Made by a program: the position numbers and the translations under genes. This document shows positions 50,777 to 64,000 of a stretch of 64,000 nt of DNA, one piece after another. Location: NCBI RefSeq assembly GCF_023055435.1, contig NW_025964112.1:56916001-56980000 (forward strand), in the 5' to 3' direction. The DNA comes from Haliotis rufescens (taxonomy: Eukaryota). A model generated the notes under the pieces. The model did no database searches. It was not told the DNA's origin and was given only the letters and a program-made list of their open reading frames with translations. How positions within the stretch are numbered: the first letter of the stretch is position 1; every line of letters begins with the position of its first letter.

Positions 50777-50860
50777 ACATTTATTACTGCAACTAGTGCT
50801 CCAACTCCTCCACTGGCACTGATCCCTATCATTCAAGTGTTATGCTCCTTTCAACCCAGG

Positions 50861-51022
50861 GGCGGTCGGGTAGCCTAGTGGTTAAAGCGTTCGCTCGTCA
50901 CGCCGAAGATCCGGGTTCGATTCCCGACATGGGTACAATGTGTGAACCCATTTCTGGTGTCTCCCGCCGTGATATTGCTGGAATATTGCTAAAAGCGGCG
51001 TAAAATCAAACTCACTCACTCA
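50861..51022 (+). mobile_element. SINE family A, full length
   Basis: 16-bp TSD ctcctttcaacccagg at 50845-50860 and 51023-51038. Confidence 0.92.
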
Positions 51023-51233
51023 CTCCTTTCAACCCAGGATCGTGTATGTTTACCGCTATTCATTGGCATCGACTCCCGCACAGTTCCCATGCCTCTGTTG
51101 AGTTCGCCAGTATACGAAATATGCAACATGCTGGGGCAGGGGTCCCGTTTCATTGCGACGAATGTTCGTGGCTATCGGCTCAACATGTACGTGAAAATGT
51201 AACTTACAAAGTCGTGTGTACTTATTGTTTGGA

Positions 51234-51399
51234 GGGGCGTTCGGGTAGCCTAGTGGTTAAAGCGTTCGCTCGTCACGCCGAAGACCCGGGTTCGATTCCC
51301 GACATGGGTACAATGTGTGAAGCCCATTTCTGGTGTCCCCCGCCGTAATATTGCTGGAATATTGCTAAAAGCGGCGTAAAACCATACTCACTCACTCAC
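51234..51399 (+). mobile_element. SINE family A, full length
   Basis: TSD tattgtttgga. Confidence 0.92.
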
Positions 51400-51723
51400 T
51401 ATTGTTTGGATCGAGAAGAATAATGAGTTAGTGGGTGAGTTAAAATTTATAGTCACATCAACAGTATTTGAGCCATATCGTGACTAGAAAAAGTAATAAT
51501 AGTAGATTACAATCTGTGAACGATGCAACAAGCAATATCTCACATTTATTAGGCAGACAATTAGACGTTTTGTTTCTTGTTATACTTGTGTTATACTTGT
51601 GTTATACTTGTGTTATACTTGTGTTATTTTACCCACATTTGATTGATATGAAAACCAAACCTATCCCTGTTCTTAACTGAAGTTATGACAAAACATTTGG
51701 CGTTCGGAACTTTCAGAAATTGT

Positions 51724-51998
51724 TTTGTTTGTTTATTGTTTATTTGTTGTTTAACGCCGCACTCAGCAATATTCCAGCTGTATGACGGCGGTCTGTAAAT
51801 AACCGAGTCTGGATCAGACAATGCAGTGATTGACATATTGGGGAACGATCCACGCAATTGGGATACGATGACATGTATCAACCAAGTCAGCGAACCTGAC
51901 CACCCGATCCCTTTAGTCGCCTCTTGCGACAAGCATAGTCGCCTTTAATGGCAAGCATGGGTTACTGAAGACCTATTCCACCCCGGATCTTCACGGGC
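51724..51998 (-). mobile_element. SINE-like family C, full length
   Basis: TSD cagaaattgt. Confidence 0.88.
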
Positions 51999-52382
51999 CA
52001 GAAATTGTACTGAAAGGTATCATGTATGTTCAAGAGAATGAAAAGTAGACTTTGTTCATGTCAACAATAACATGTTTGGGACTCCTAACAACATCAAATG
52101 TATAGGTAAGGCTAAGATATATCGCAATAAACGTATTTTTTATGCGTTCATGAAACATTTTTCTATTATTTGAACAGGAACAAGCTGATTGTCAAAGGTG
52201 GTGTACATGACACATAACAAACGTATGTTAAAGAAAATCATCTTTGTCACGAACTTGCTATTACTTAGATTCCCATTTGAAGTTCTTGGGAACTCACTTT
52301 GTTGCTCATCACAGGCAGGTTTGTGTATTTGACCATATCAGAATTTCAAAACTTACAAGTGAGTGTAAGAAAGAAACATCTA

Positions 52383-52559
52383 CAGTAAACTACGGTTATA
52401 GCGAACACGCTTATAACGAACTGACGGATATAACGAACTTACTTTTTTGGTCCCGACTATTTGCTGTAGTTATGCTGTAAATATGCTTATAACGAACTAC
52501 GGTTATAGCGAACTAAAATTAGTAGTCCCTCTGAGTTCGTTATAACCGTAGTTGACTAC
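52383..52559. mobile_element. pogo/Tigger-like MITE
   Basis: TIRs cagtaaactacggttatagcgaac / gttcgttataaccgtagttgact. Confidence 0.75.
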
Positions 52560-52591
52560 TTTGGGTGAAGGTGTGAAGAGCAGTGAACTTC

Positions 52592-52697
52592 GTGAGTGAG
52601 TTGGGTTTAACCCCGCTTTAAATATTATTCCAGTTATGTCACGGGGTGTCAGCTTAATGTGGGAGGAAAGCCCGAAGTCATGCAGGTCTCAGACGTT
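52592..52697 (-). mobile_element. 5'-truncated SINE family B
   Basis: 3' portion homology. Confidence 0.75.
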
Positions 52698-52967
52698 AAA
52701 TTGAAAACAGAAATAACTGTTATTATATTTGATTATTTCTTTTTAACCATTGCTCATTCCTGCAACAGTTTGTCAAAAGTATTCTGTGGCGGGGTAATGT
52801 TGTGTAAAAATACATTTGTTCAATGAAGACTGGGGTAATAAATGAATTTGCAACCACTTGATCCCAACTATGTTTAACATGTTGTAAATTTGTTCCGAAA
52901 AAAGCAGATATATTGATTTTCAAAGATAAGACGTCTAAGATACCCATCAGCAGTTGTGAATTATGAG

Positions 52968-53248
52968 TGAGTGAGTGAGTGAGTTGGGTTTAACGCCGTT
53001 TTTAACAGTATTCCAGTTATATCGCGGCGTGTCAGCTTAATGTGGGAAGAAAGCCCGAAGTGATGCAGGTCTCAGACGTTTACCACTTCGGTGAAACCCA
53101 CGAGCACGGGTATGGTGCTGACAAACCTAGAAACATAATTGGGGCGAACCGGGATTCGAACCCACAATCATAGGTTTCTGGCGTGCCCAAGGGACGCAAC
53201 TCTGCACAGCGAATCGCGGCGCCTTAGACGACTGGGCCACCCGTGCCC
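52968..53248 (-). mobile_element. SINE family B, full length
   Basis: TSD tgtgaattatgag at 52955-52967 and 53249-53261. Confidence 0.92.
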
Positions 53249-56200
53249 TGTGAATTATGAGAGAAAAATAATTTAATTTTTAAAAGTTTTTTAATAAAAT
53301 TATAAATTAAAAAATAAAACCATGTATTCTATTCTTTGAGAGGTGGCTAAGCGCCAGTGCAGTTCATTTTGGGACATAATCAAATCAAATAAACAATAAT
53401 CAAACATAGCATAAAATCAAATCAGATGTATAGTTTCTTCTGTTTTATAATGTTATTCAATATATTACCAAAATGTTCTGATCATTTGAGAGAGCACCCC
53501 TACGTATTTTTGTTAGAGTCTAAAATATTTGTTTCACTATAGTTCCATCGTAAATCAAACGAACAGAACATTGATTTGTTGAATATTGTTTTATGCCGCT
53601 CCAATTTGTATGCTTATTCAAGCCAAAATAGTGTGGAGGCGCTTCTCTTCAAAAGTTTTCTTCATAACATCGTGGTTAAAGGTTTTATTAAGGGCTTTCA
53701 TAGTATAGAAGAATCTTCAAGACGCAAGACGTGGCTGAAGACGACTGACACTTCCTTTTCCTTTTCAACATACATTGAACTCAACAAATGTATTTTCAAC
53801 CTAGTGTCTCTTGTGATCATCAATGAATAGTCTTCTTAATCTGATACCCACGAACAACCCCTAACTACTCAAAATACAGCACAACTGTTAGGAACTATCT
53901 CCCCACAAAAAAACCTCCTCTGTACTGTGGGCCCGAATCATTCAGTGATATTTATAAACGCATATTCCTTCATCAATTATTTAGTATAAACAAAAGCAAT
54001 GCAGCGAGATTCCGTGGTGTTAATTAGAGATGCAGAACGACCACTCGTTTCTAAAATAAGTCACATGAACGCAGTCTCAGCACTCTGTAAAATGTTCAAT
54101 AAAATCAATTTCAAGTTATTTAGCAACATACATCGAATAGCAACATACATTTACTCCTTATCGACCTCTTTCAGAGTTTCATGACTTGAGGCTTGATCTA
54201 CACATAAACCCAACACTTCACTTTGCTAACTAAGCAGTAAACGCTATTGAAATGATGCTTATATACACCAGGCAACAGGTGTGTATACCGTTAATGCAAT
54301 ACTGAGTATAACGCATGGCTCGGACCAGTGTGTGCAGGCTTTCCTTGTGTGCAGGCGTGCTACGGAATTGGTCATAAAACTGTCATAATGTCTCAATTGA
54401 GCGATAAGTACATGGATTTAAATTGTGTAGAGTTACGTTAAATAAAGGTGAGAACTCTGCAGATATTGATTTTTTTGTGTGTGCAGAGGCAGTTACATGA
54501 TGGTTAGAACTTATAGACGTGTGTAATGTGGTAAGTGGTGTAATGAGGAGTGGGGTTATTGAATAAGTAAATGCATCTTCAAACACTCGTTTGAAGCATG
54601 GGAGTAAACGAAGTCAATGAAAGCTATACAGATAAGGGTGTTGTCATACAGACCCTGACACAATGTATCCAATATTGCTTACAAGTCTGTAATATTTGGC
54701 AAGTCTAGATTACTGCTGTTTCGGACTCAATGAAGAGCGTCTCGTTTTATTATATTTTATTAAGATAACTTAATTAACAACTGTCTTTTCTGTGTAAAAT
54801 ATATTCATTTCAAAGACTAGATATTAGTCTAATAAGTGTGCTCCTTTGTACATAGGGAACAGTATGCAGGCTTTAGAGGTGGTGTATGAGATCGGTGGGG
54901 TGGGGGGAGGGTGGGGTGGGGTGGGAGTGGAGCGGGTAGCACGTTGAAGCAGCTTTTGAAGAGGTGGGGTTTATGAGTGGGTGGGTAGGATAACGCGATA
55001 CAAAGTTGCAAGTGAAGATAGTCGGATTGTGTACAGTAAGGTAGGGGAACCCCTGAGGGGTCACGTGGCATGGGCGACCGATTCCTCCGCATATTGGCGT
55101 AATCCACACTCACTCATTCTCTCGTTTCTTTAACTGGTAAGAGAAAAATATATCGACATCGAATTTGTACTCAAGATATTGTTGTTTTGGAACCAATTCC
55201 TCAGAAATAAAAATCAAAACGCAAGTTTCCCTCAACTAACAATACGTTAGCTCTGTAATAAACCGATAGACTGTAGAAATTGAAGCAGGTAGATTCACTC
55301 TAAAACTCCACTCGCAGAACTGTAAAACTTTGTCATGATTATGCTAAAGTTCGTTTCTTGACTGGCTGTCGTCTGTATTCAGATGTGAAGTGTGATTAAT
55401 AGGAATTAGAAAATCTACATTTATGCAGATGAATGCTGTGGTTCAGGCCGTAATCAAAATGCAACAGCGACAGGATTAGTAGGGTAGTGAGCGGACTTAG
55501 GGAGGGAGAGGATGAGGGGAATTAGGGGAGAGAGGATGGAGAGGGGGTTTAGAGAAAGAGAGGGGAGTTAGGGAGTGAGAAGCGAAGAATATTAATATTA
55601 ATTATTTTAATGTCATACTTGTATTTATACAATAGGTGCGAAACTAGTTTTACTTCTAAACTGTGATAGTCTAGTTATTATACTGTCCGTCGATGGAAAT
55701 TTTTATTCATCTAAATTTAAGAATTATTAATGTTCTCGTCACGATATGGCTGAAATACTGCCGATGTGACGTTAAATTTTAACTCACTCACTCACTATAC
55801 AATAGTGACACAATAATGTATATTTTCTTATTTTTGGTTATGTATGAGGGGAGTTAGGGAGGGAGGGGGAAGAGAGGAATTAGGGAGAGGGGGGAATTAG
55901 GGAGGGAGAGGGGAAGGGATATATTGGGATGCTTCATCCGAGAGACAGGCCGAAGATGCAGAAAGACAATAACTGAATTGGACTCACATACGCAGCGAGT
56001 ATCGTTAAGTTGAATTGATATAATTCAGAATCGAGCAAACATTCTTTTGTTTAAAATAATGTGTCCAGTGGAATATTTCGTAATGAATGTTCAGTCATCT
56101 TACGTCGAGATACAGGGAGTTGGTGAAAAAAATGAATCCGTAACAGCATTGTGCAGTATGATGACGTCACTTGAACAGCAGTACAAGTAAGATATTGCTG

Positions 56201-56545
56201 ACTCAGGATCAATATGGAGACGTGGTATGATCGTGTATTGATGCGGCGCATTCAAGTTATACATTTAAAACCTCCATTAGAGCCCCGACTGTTGCAACGT
56301 GTCCGAATGCCCGCCACAAACGCCGACGACAATTTACGTCAGTGAAAGTCAATATTAACTGAGGTACGGAACAATCTCAATGTACGTTCACCACAGCTCC
56401 GCACAGTGCCACACGAGTAGTGGCTGATTCTTATCACACATGTCGACTCCTAGTTGACGGTTATATCAGTTTAGTATATTTCAGAGCAATTGGTTTTAAA
56501 GGCAATTTAACATTGAGTCCTGCGATTGCTACAACGCTGGTGCTT

Positions 56546-56703
56546 AGGCGGATCCAGAGGGGGGAGGGGTCAAGGGGTCAAGGGGGTCTGGACCACCCAC
56601 CCCACCCAATTTCCTCCCCCTAAAAAATGTAGTGTGTTGAAGGCAGTAAAACTACCTGAGAGATGATTTTGATGTTTTGGACCCCTCCCTGGATCTGCCC
56701 TTG
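56546..56703. mobile_element. MITE with GGCGGATCCAG-type terminal inverted repeats
   Basis: aggcggatccagagggggg...ggg / cccctccctggatctgccc. Confidence 0.6.
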
Positions 56704-59700
56704 CTGTGTCTTTTTTTTATTTTACTGAACGAGTGAGTGAGTTTGAGAGTTTGCGCCGCTTTTACCAATATTCAAGCAATGTCAGAGTAGGGACAATGGA
56801 ATGGGCTTCACCCATTGTAGCCGCATGGGGAACCGAACCCGGGACTTCAGCGTGACATACGAACGTCATAACCATCCGGGTACCCCTTCCGTCGATTAAA
56901 ACAGCCCAAAACATCAAACATATAAACAACTGTAAACAGAAAACTTCAAACTTCCCTTTTACCAACAACGAAAGAAATGTTTAAATTTGGCGGCGTTCCA
57001 AAACTATATTCTTGAAAACGGATTATGGTCCAGGCAACCGTTGCAAGACCGGTTCACGTGTTTCATATACCACTTTGACAGCTAACTCAAAACTCCATCA
57101 CGAATTTATATCAGTTTTGTGGTTAATTATTTCCTTATAACAGGCAGTGCCCCACTTTCCCATATGGTATAAATTACATATTAATCTAGACATAAACTGG
57201 ATATCGGCATGAGACGGTGGGGTATAAAATTTATGTCTATATACTAGTAGTTAGTCCTAGGTAACTTATACCGCGCCAATAAATATGTTTATGATCCAGA
57301 TCAATCAATAATTGATTACCCAACACAATGGCAGTTCTTAATTCGCAAGAGGCATTATGCACAACCGACACAAGACTGTGATTGGTTTCGAGGCAAATAT
57401 GGGGACAGTCATTCAAGAGGCGCCCGTGTAATACTCTTTGCAACAGACTGCCGATGTTTCTGGTATTTTCACGTGTGAAAATTAGTATGGAATTGGCAGG
57501 AGTTTGACAATGAAGCAAAGTTAAACATAAAATCACAACCAAACCATCTCATATAACATTAATTGGGGAAATATATAGTGGCCGAGGATGGGTCGAGGAG
57601 AGAGAGACATTTTCCAGTCACATTTTAAATTATGCCTCTGGAGGGAATGTTGAAACTTTCTCACCATTTACTTAGAAATAATTTAACTGTATAGTCGTAT
57701 GTGTTTTTAAAACAATCCACGGATTTCGCGGTCGTAATTAAAGGCGGGAAAGCGATGCCGCCTCGCGGCCACCATAGAAATAGCACCGGAATGGGGAAAA
57801 CACGCGAGCGGTCTCAGCTGTGTCCATTTACAATAGCTATGGTTGGATTGAGTAACGCCATGGATATATTGCACTTGCTTGTAGCACAAACAACAAGGGC
57901 TTACCCATTGAAATTAATTAAAAAAAATAAAATTAATGTACTAGATCTGATTACTATAGGGTGATGTTCTTCTGTCGTGTGTTATATACATGGTCTTACA
58001 TGGTTTAGTCACTGGCTACCAATGTGGAAATTGTCGTTGAGTTGGGTCGATATTGTTGTTTGCTTATATCTTATCCTTACTTAGTACTCCAACTTCTACA
58101 TGCCTCTCTGGACCACCCACCACACCCAATTTCCTCCCCCCAAAAATGTAGTATGTTGAAGGCAGTAAAACTACCTGAGAGATGATTTTGATATTTTGGA
58201 CCCCTCCCTGGATCTGCCCTTGCTGTGTCTTTTTTTAATTTTACTGAACGAGTGAATGAGTTTGAGTTTGCGCCGCTTTTACCAATATTCAAGCAATGTC
58301 AGAGTAGGGACAATGGAATGGGCTTCACCCATTGTAGCCACATTGGGAACCGAACCCGGGACTTCAGCGTGACATACGAACGTCATAACCATCCGGGTAC
58401 CCCTTCCGTCGATTAAAACAGCCCAAAACATCAAACATATAAACAACTGTAAACAGAAAACTTCAAACTTCCCTTTTACCAACAACGAAAGAAATGTTTA
58501 AATTTGGCGGCGTTCCAAAACTATATTCTTGAAAACGGATTATGGTCCAGGCAACCGTTGCAAGACCGGTTCACGTGTTTCATATACCACTTTGACAGCT
58601 AACTCAAAACTCCATTACGAATTTATATAAGTTTTGTGGTTAATTATTTCCTTATAACAGGCAGTGCCCCACTTTCCCACATGGTATAAATTACATATTA
58701 ATCTAGACATAAACTGGATATCGGCATGAGACGGTGGGGTATAAATGTATATATACTAGTAGTTAGTCCTAGGTAACTTATACCGCGCCAATAAATGTTT
58801 ATGATCCAGATCAATGAATAATTGATCACCCAACACAATGGCAGTTCTTAATTCGCAAGAGGCATTATGCAGAACCGACACAAGACTGTGATTGGTTTCG
58901 AGGCAAATATGGGGACAGTCATTCAAGAGGCGCCCGTGTAATACTCTTTGCAACAGACTGCCGATGTTTCTGGTATTTTCACGTGTGAAAATTAGTATGG
59001 AATTGGCAGGAGTTTGACAATGAAGCAAAGTTAAACATAAAATCACAACCGAACCATCACGTATAACATTAATTGGGGAAATATATAGTTGCCGAGGATG
59101 GGTCGAGGAGAGAGATACTTTTTCCAGTCACATTTTAAATTATGCCTCTGGAGGGAATGTTGAAACTTTCTCACCATTTACTTACGAATAATTTAACTGT
59201 ATAGTCGTATGTGATTTTAAAACAATCCACGGATTTCGCGGTCGTAATTAAAGGCGGGAAAGCGATGCCGCCTCGCGGCCACCATAGAAATAGCACCGGA
59301 ATGGGGAAAACACACGAGCGGTCTCAGCTCTGTCCATTTACAATAGCTAAGGTTGGATAGAGTAACGCCATGGATATATTGCACTTGCTTGTAGCACAAA
59401 CAAGGGCTTACCCATTGAAATTAATAAAAAAAATAAAAAATTAATGTACTAGATCTGATTACTATAGGGTGATGTTCTTCTGTCGTGTGTTATATACATG
59501 GTCTTACATGGTTTAGTCACTGGCTACCAATGTGGAAATTGTCGTTGAGTTGGGTCGATATTGTTGTTTGCTTATATCTTATCCTTACTTAGTACTCCAA
59601 CTTCTAAATGCCTCTCTGCACCACCCAACCCACCCAATTTCCTCCCCCCCCCCCCCCCCCCCCCCCCAAATTTAGTATGTTGAAGGCAGTAAAACTACCT

Positions 59701-62700
59701 GAGAGATGATTTTGATATTTTGGACCCCTCCCTGAATCTGCCCTTGCTGTGTCTTTTTTTTATTTTACTGAACGAGTGAGTGAGTTTGAGTTTGCGCCGC
59801 TTTTACCAATATTCCAGCAATGTCAGAGTAGGGGACACTGGAATGGGCTTCACCCATTGTAGCCACAATGGGAACCGAACCCTGGACTTCAACGTGACAT
59901 TAGAACGTTATAACCATCCGGGTACCCCTTCCGTCGATTAAAACAGCCCAAAACATCAAACATATAAACAACTGTAAACAGAAAACTTCAAACTTCCCTT
60001 TTACCAACAACGAAAGAAATGTTTAAATTTGGCGGCGTTCCAAAACTATATTCTTGAAAACGGATTATGGTCCAGGCAACCGTTGCAAGACCGGTTCACG
60101 TGTTTCATATACCACTTTGACAGCTAACTCAAAACTCCATCACGAATTTATATCAGTTTTGTGGTTAATTATTTCCTTATAACAGGCAGTGCCCCACTTT
60201 CCCATATGGTATAAATTACATATTAATCTAGACATAAACTGGATATCGGCATGAGACGGTGGGGTATAAAATTTATGTCTATATACTAGTAGTTAGTCCT
60301 AGGTAACTTATACCGCGCCAATAAATATGTTTATGATCCAGATCAATCAATAATTGATTACCCAACACAATGGCAGTTCTTAATTCGCAAGAGGCATTAT
60401 GCACAACCGACACAAGACTGTGATTGGTTTCGAGGCAAATGTGGGGACAGTCATTCAAGAGGCGCCCGTGTAATACTCTTTGCAACAGACTGCCGATGTT
60501 TCTGGTATTTTCACGTGTGAAAATTAGTATGGAATTGGCAGGAGTTTGACAATGAAGCAAAGTTAAACATAAAATCACAACCAAACCATCTCATATAACA
60601 TTAATTGGGGAAATATATAGTGGCCGAGGATGGGTCGAGGAGAGAGAGACATTTTCCAGTCACATTTTAAATTATGCCTCTGGAGGGAATGTTGAAACTT
60701 TCTCACCATTTACTTAGAAATAATTTAACTGTATAGTCGTATGTGTTTTTAAAACAATCCACGGATTTCGCGGTCGTAATTAAAGGCGGGAAAGCGATGC
60801 CGCCTCGCGGCCACCATAGAAATAGCACCGGAATGGGGAAAACACGCGAGCGGTCTCAGCTGTGTCCATTTACAATAGCTATGGTTGGATTGAGTAACGC
60901 CATGGGTATATTGCACTTGCTTGTAGCACAAACAACAAGGGCTTACCCATTGAAATTAATTTAAAAAAAATAAAATTAATGTACTAGATCTGATTACTAT
61001 AGGGTGATGTTCTTCTGTCGTGTGTTATATACATGGTCTTACATGGTTTAGTCACTGGCTACCAATGTGGAAATTGTCGTTGAGTTTGGTCGATATTGTT
61101 GTTTGCTTATATCTTATCCTTACTTAGTACTCCAACTTCTACATGCCTCTCTGGACCACCCACCACACCCAATTTCCTCCCCCCAAAAATGTAGTATGTT
61201 GAAGGCAGTAAAACTACCTGAGAGATGATTTTGATATTTTGGACCCCTCCCTGGATCTGCCCTTGCTGTGTCTTTTTTTAATTTTACTGAACGAGTGAAT
61301 GAGTTTGAGTTTGCGCCGCTTTTACCAATATTCAAGCAATGTCAGAGTAGGGACAATGGAATGGGCTTCACCCATTGTAGCCACATTGGGAACCGAACCC
61401 GGGACTTCAGCGTGACATACGAACGTCATAACCATCCGGGTACCCCTTCCGTCGATTAAAACAGCCCAAAACATCAAACATATAAACAACTGTAAACAGA
61501 AAACTTCAAACTTCCCTTTTACCAACAACGAAAGAAATGTTTAAATTTGGCGGCGTTCCAAAACTATATTCTTGAAAACGGATTATGGTCCAGGCAACCG
61601 TTGCAAGACCGGTTCACGTGTTTCATATACCACTTTGACAGCTAACTCAAAACTCCATCACGAATTTATATCAGTTTTGTGGTTAATTATTTCCTTATAA
61701 CAGGCAGTGCCCCACTTTCCCACATGGTATAAATTACATATTAATCTAGACATAAACTGGATATCGGCATGAGACGGTGGGGTATAAATGTATATATACT
61801 AGTAGTTAGTCCTAGGTAACTTATACCGCGCCAATAAATGTTTATGATCCAGATCAATGAATAATTGATCACCCAACACAATGGCAGTTCTTAATTCGCA
61901 AGAGGCATTATGCAGAACCGACACAAGACTGTGATTGGTTTCGAGGCAAATATGGGGACAGTCATTCAAGAGGCGCCCGTGTAATACTCTTTGCAACAGA
62001 CTGCCGATGTTTCTGGTATTTTCACGTGTGAAAATTAGTATGGAATTGGCAGGAGTTTGACAATGAAGCAAAGTTAAACATAAAATCACAACCGAACCAT
62101 CACGTATAACATTAATTGGGGAAATATATAGTTGCCGAGGATGGGTCGAGGAGAGAGATACTTTTTCCAGTCACATTTTAAATTATGCCTCTGGAGGGAA
62201 TGTTGAAACTTTCTCACCATTTACTTACGAATAATTTAACTGTATAGTCGTATGTGATTTTAAAACAATCCACGGATTTCGCGGTCGTAATTAAAGGCGG
62301 GAAAGCGATGCCGCCTCGCGGCCACCATAGAAATAGCACCGGAATGGGGAAAACACACGAGCGGTCTCAGCTCTGTCCATTTACAATAGCTAAGGTTGGA
62401 TAGAGTAACGCCATGGATATATTGCACTTGCTTGTAGCACAAACAAGGGCTTACCCATTGAAATTAATAAAAAAAATAAAAAATTAATGTACTAGATCTG
62501 ATTACTATAGGGTGATGTTCTTCTGTCGTGTGTTATATACATGGTCTTACATGGTTTAGTCACTGGCTACCAATGTGGAAATTGTCGTTGAGTTGGGTCG
62601 ATATTGTTGTTTGCTTATATCTTATCCTTACTTAGTACTCCAACTTCTAAATGCCTCTCTGCACCACCCAACCCACCCAATTTCCTCCCCCCCCCCCCCC

Positions 62701-64000
62701 CCAAATTTAGTATGTTGAAGGCAGTAAAACTACCTGAGAGATGATTTTGATATTTTGGACCCCTCCCTGAATCTGCCCTTGCTGTGTCTTTTTTTTATTT
62801 TACTGAACGAGTGAGTGAGTTTGAGTTTGCGCCGCTTTTACCAATATTCCAGCAATGTCAGAGTAGGGGACACTGGAATGGGCTTCACCCATTGTAGCCA
62901 CAATGGGAACCGAACCCTGGACTTCAACGTGACATTAGAACGTTATAACCATCCGGGTACCCCTTCCGTCGATTAAAACAGCCCAAAACATCAAACATAT
63001 AAACAACTGTAAACAGAAAACTTCAAACTTCCCTTTTACCAACAACGAAAGAAATGTTTAAATTTGGCGGCGTTCCAAAACTATATTCTTGAAAACGGAT
63101 TATGGTCCAGGCAACCGTTGCAAGACCGGTTCACGTGTTTCATATACCACTTTGACAGCTAACTCAAAACTCCATCACGAATTTATATCAGTTTTGTGGT
63201 TAATTATTTCCTTATAACAGGCAGTGCCCCACTTTCCCATATGGTATAAATTACATATTAATCTAGACATAAACTGGATATCGGCATGAGACGGTGGGGT
63301 ATAAAATTTATGTCTATATACTAGTAGTTAGTCCTAGGTAACTTATACCGCGCCAATAAATATGTTTATGATCCAGATCAATCAATAATTGATTACCCAA
63401 CACAATGGCAGTTCTTAATTCGCAAGAGGCATTATGCACAACCGACACAAGACTGTGATTGGTTTCGAGGCAAATGTGGGGACAGTCATTCAAGAGGCGC
63501 CCGTGTAATACTCTTTGCAACAGACTGCCGATGTTTCTGGTATTTTCACGTGTGAAAATTAGTATGGAATTGGCAGGAGTTTGACAATGAAGCAAAGTTA
63601 AACATAAAATCACAACCAAACCATCTCATATAACATTAATTGGGGAAATATATAGTGGCCGAGGATGGGTCGAGGAGAGAGAGACATTTTCCAGTCACAT
63701 TTTAAATTATGCCTCTGGAGGGAATGTTGAAACTTTCTCACCATTTACTTAGAAATAATTTAACTGTATAGTCGTATGTGTTTTTAAAACAATCCACGGA
63801 TTTCGCGGTCGTAATTAAAGGCGGGAAAGCGATGCCGCCTCGCGGCCACCATAGAAATAGCACCGGAATGGGGAAAACACGCGAGCGGTCTCAGCTGTGT
63901 CCATTTACAATAGCTATGGTTGGATTGAGTAACGCCATGGGTATATTGCACTTGCTTGTAGCACAAACAACAAGGGCTTACCCATTGAAATTAATTTAAA
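56587..64000. repeat. ~1.5-kb tandem array (about 5 units, continues past window) with a 3043-bp higher-order dimer; each unit carries a half-MITE and a family A SINE
   Basis: Unit starts near 56587, 58107, 59615, 61150 and 62658; variants alternate A-B-A-B-A; spurious ORFs recur at +3042/3043. Confidence 0.95.

Noticed and set aside
50861-50935. tRNA-Asp-like and tRNA-Leu-like sequences as true tRNA genes
   Set aside because: They continue into SINE bodies with tails and TSDs, and the cloverleaf is imperfect
53570-54230. Possible LINE endonuclease relic
   Set aside because: Too degenerate to support from sequence alone
56762-63999. Recurrent 60-100 aa ORFs in the 1.5-kb array
   Set aside because: They overlap SINE/MITE sequence, differ by frameshifts between monomers and show no recognisable domain

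Overview
AT-rich, repeat-dense eukaryotic DNA. The SINE families (tRNA heads, ACTC/AAAC tails, a Meta-domain SINE) suggest a gastropod mollusc, plausibly abalone; this is an inference. The main discovery is invisible in the ORF track: a minus-strand micro-exon gene running from a TATA/CCAAT promoter at about 17.97-18.05 kb to beyond base 1. A signal-peptide exon (MRWWILLLLVVVTLVAISSAQ, 17779-17842) is followed by at least 13 micro-exons of 9-42 nt and one 345-nt Lys/Arg-rich exon. All have GT-AG boundaries, lengths divisible by 3 and phase 1-1, and they splice into an open frame of about 244 aa encoding a secreted, very basic Arg/Lys/Ser/Gly-rich protein. The apparent tandem repeat at 1-3.5 kb is an array of duplicated intron+micro-exon cassettes (RRRSYVSSS, RRSSS, RRSNS), some decayed. 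The rest of the window (18-64 kb) has no convincing host gene. It holds several SINE families (one with a pseudoknot-like non-tRNA head), remnants of Tc1, Penelope-like and RLE-type elements, MITEs, minisatellites (53, ~110, ~47, 41 and 27/30 bp), a 1.5-kb tandem array with a 3043-bp dimer, and two assembly gaps.
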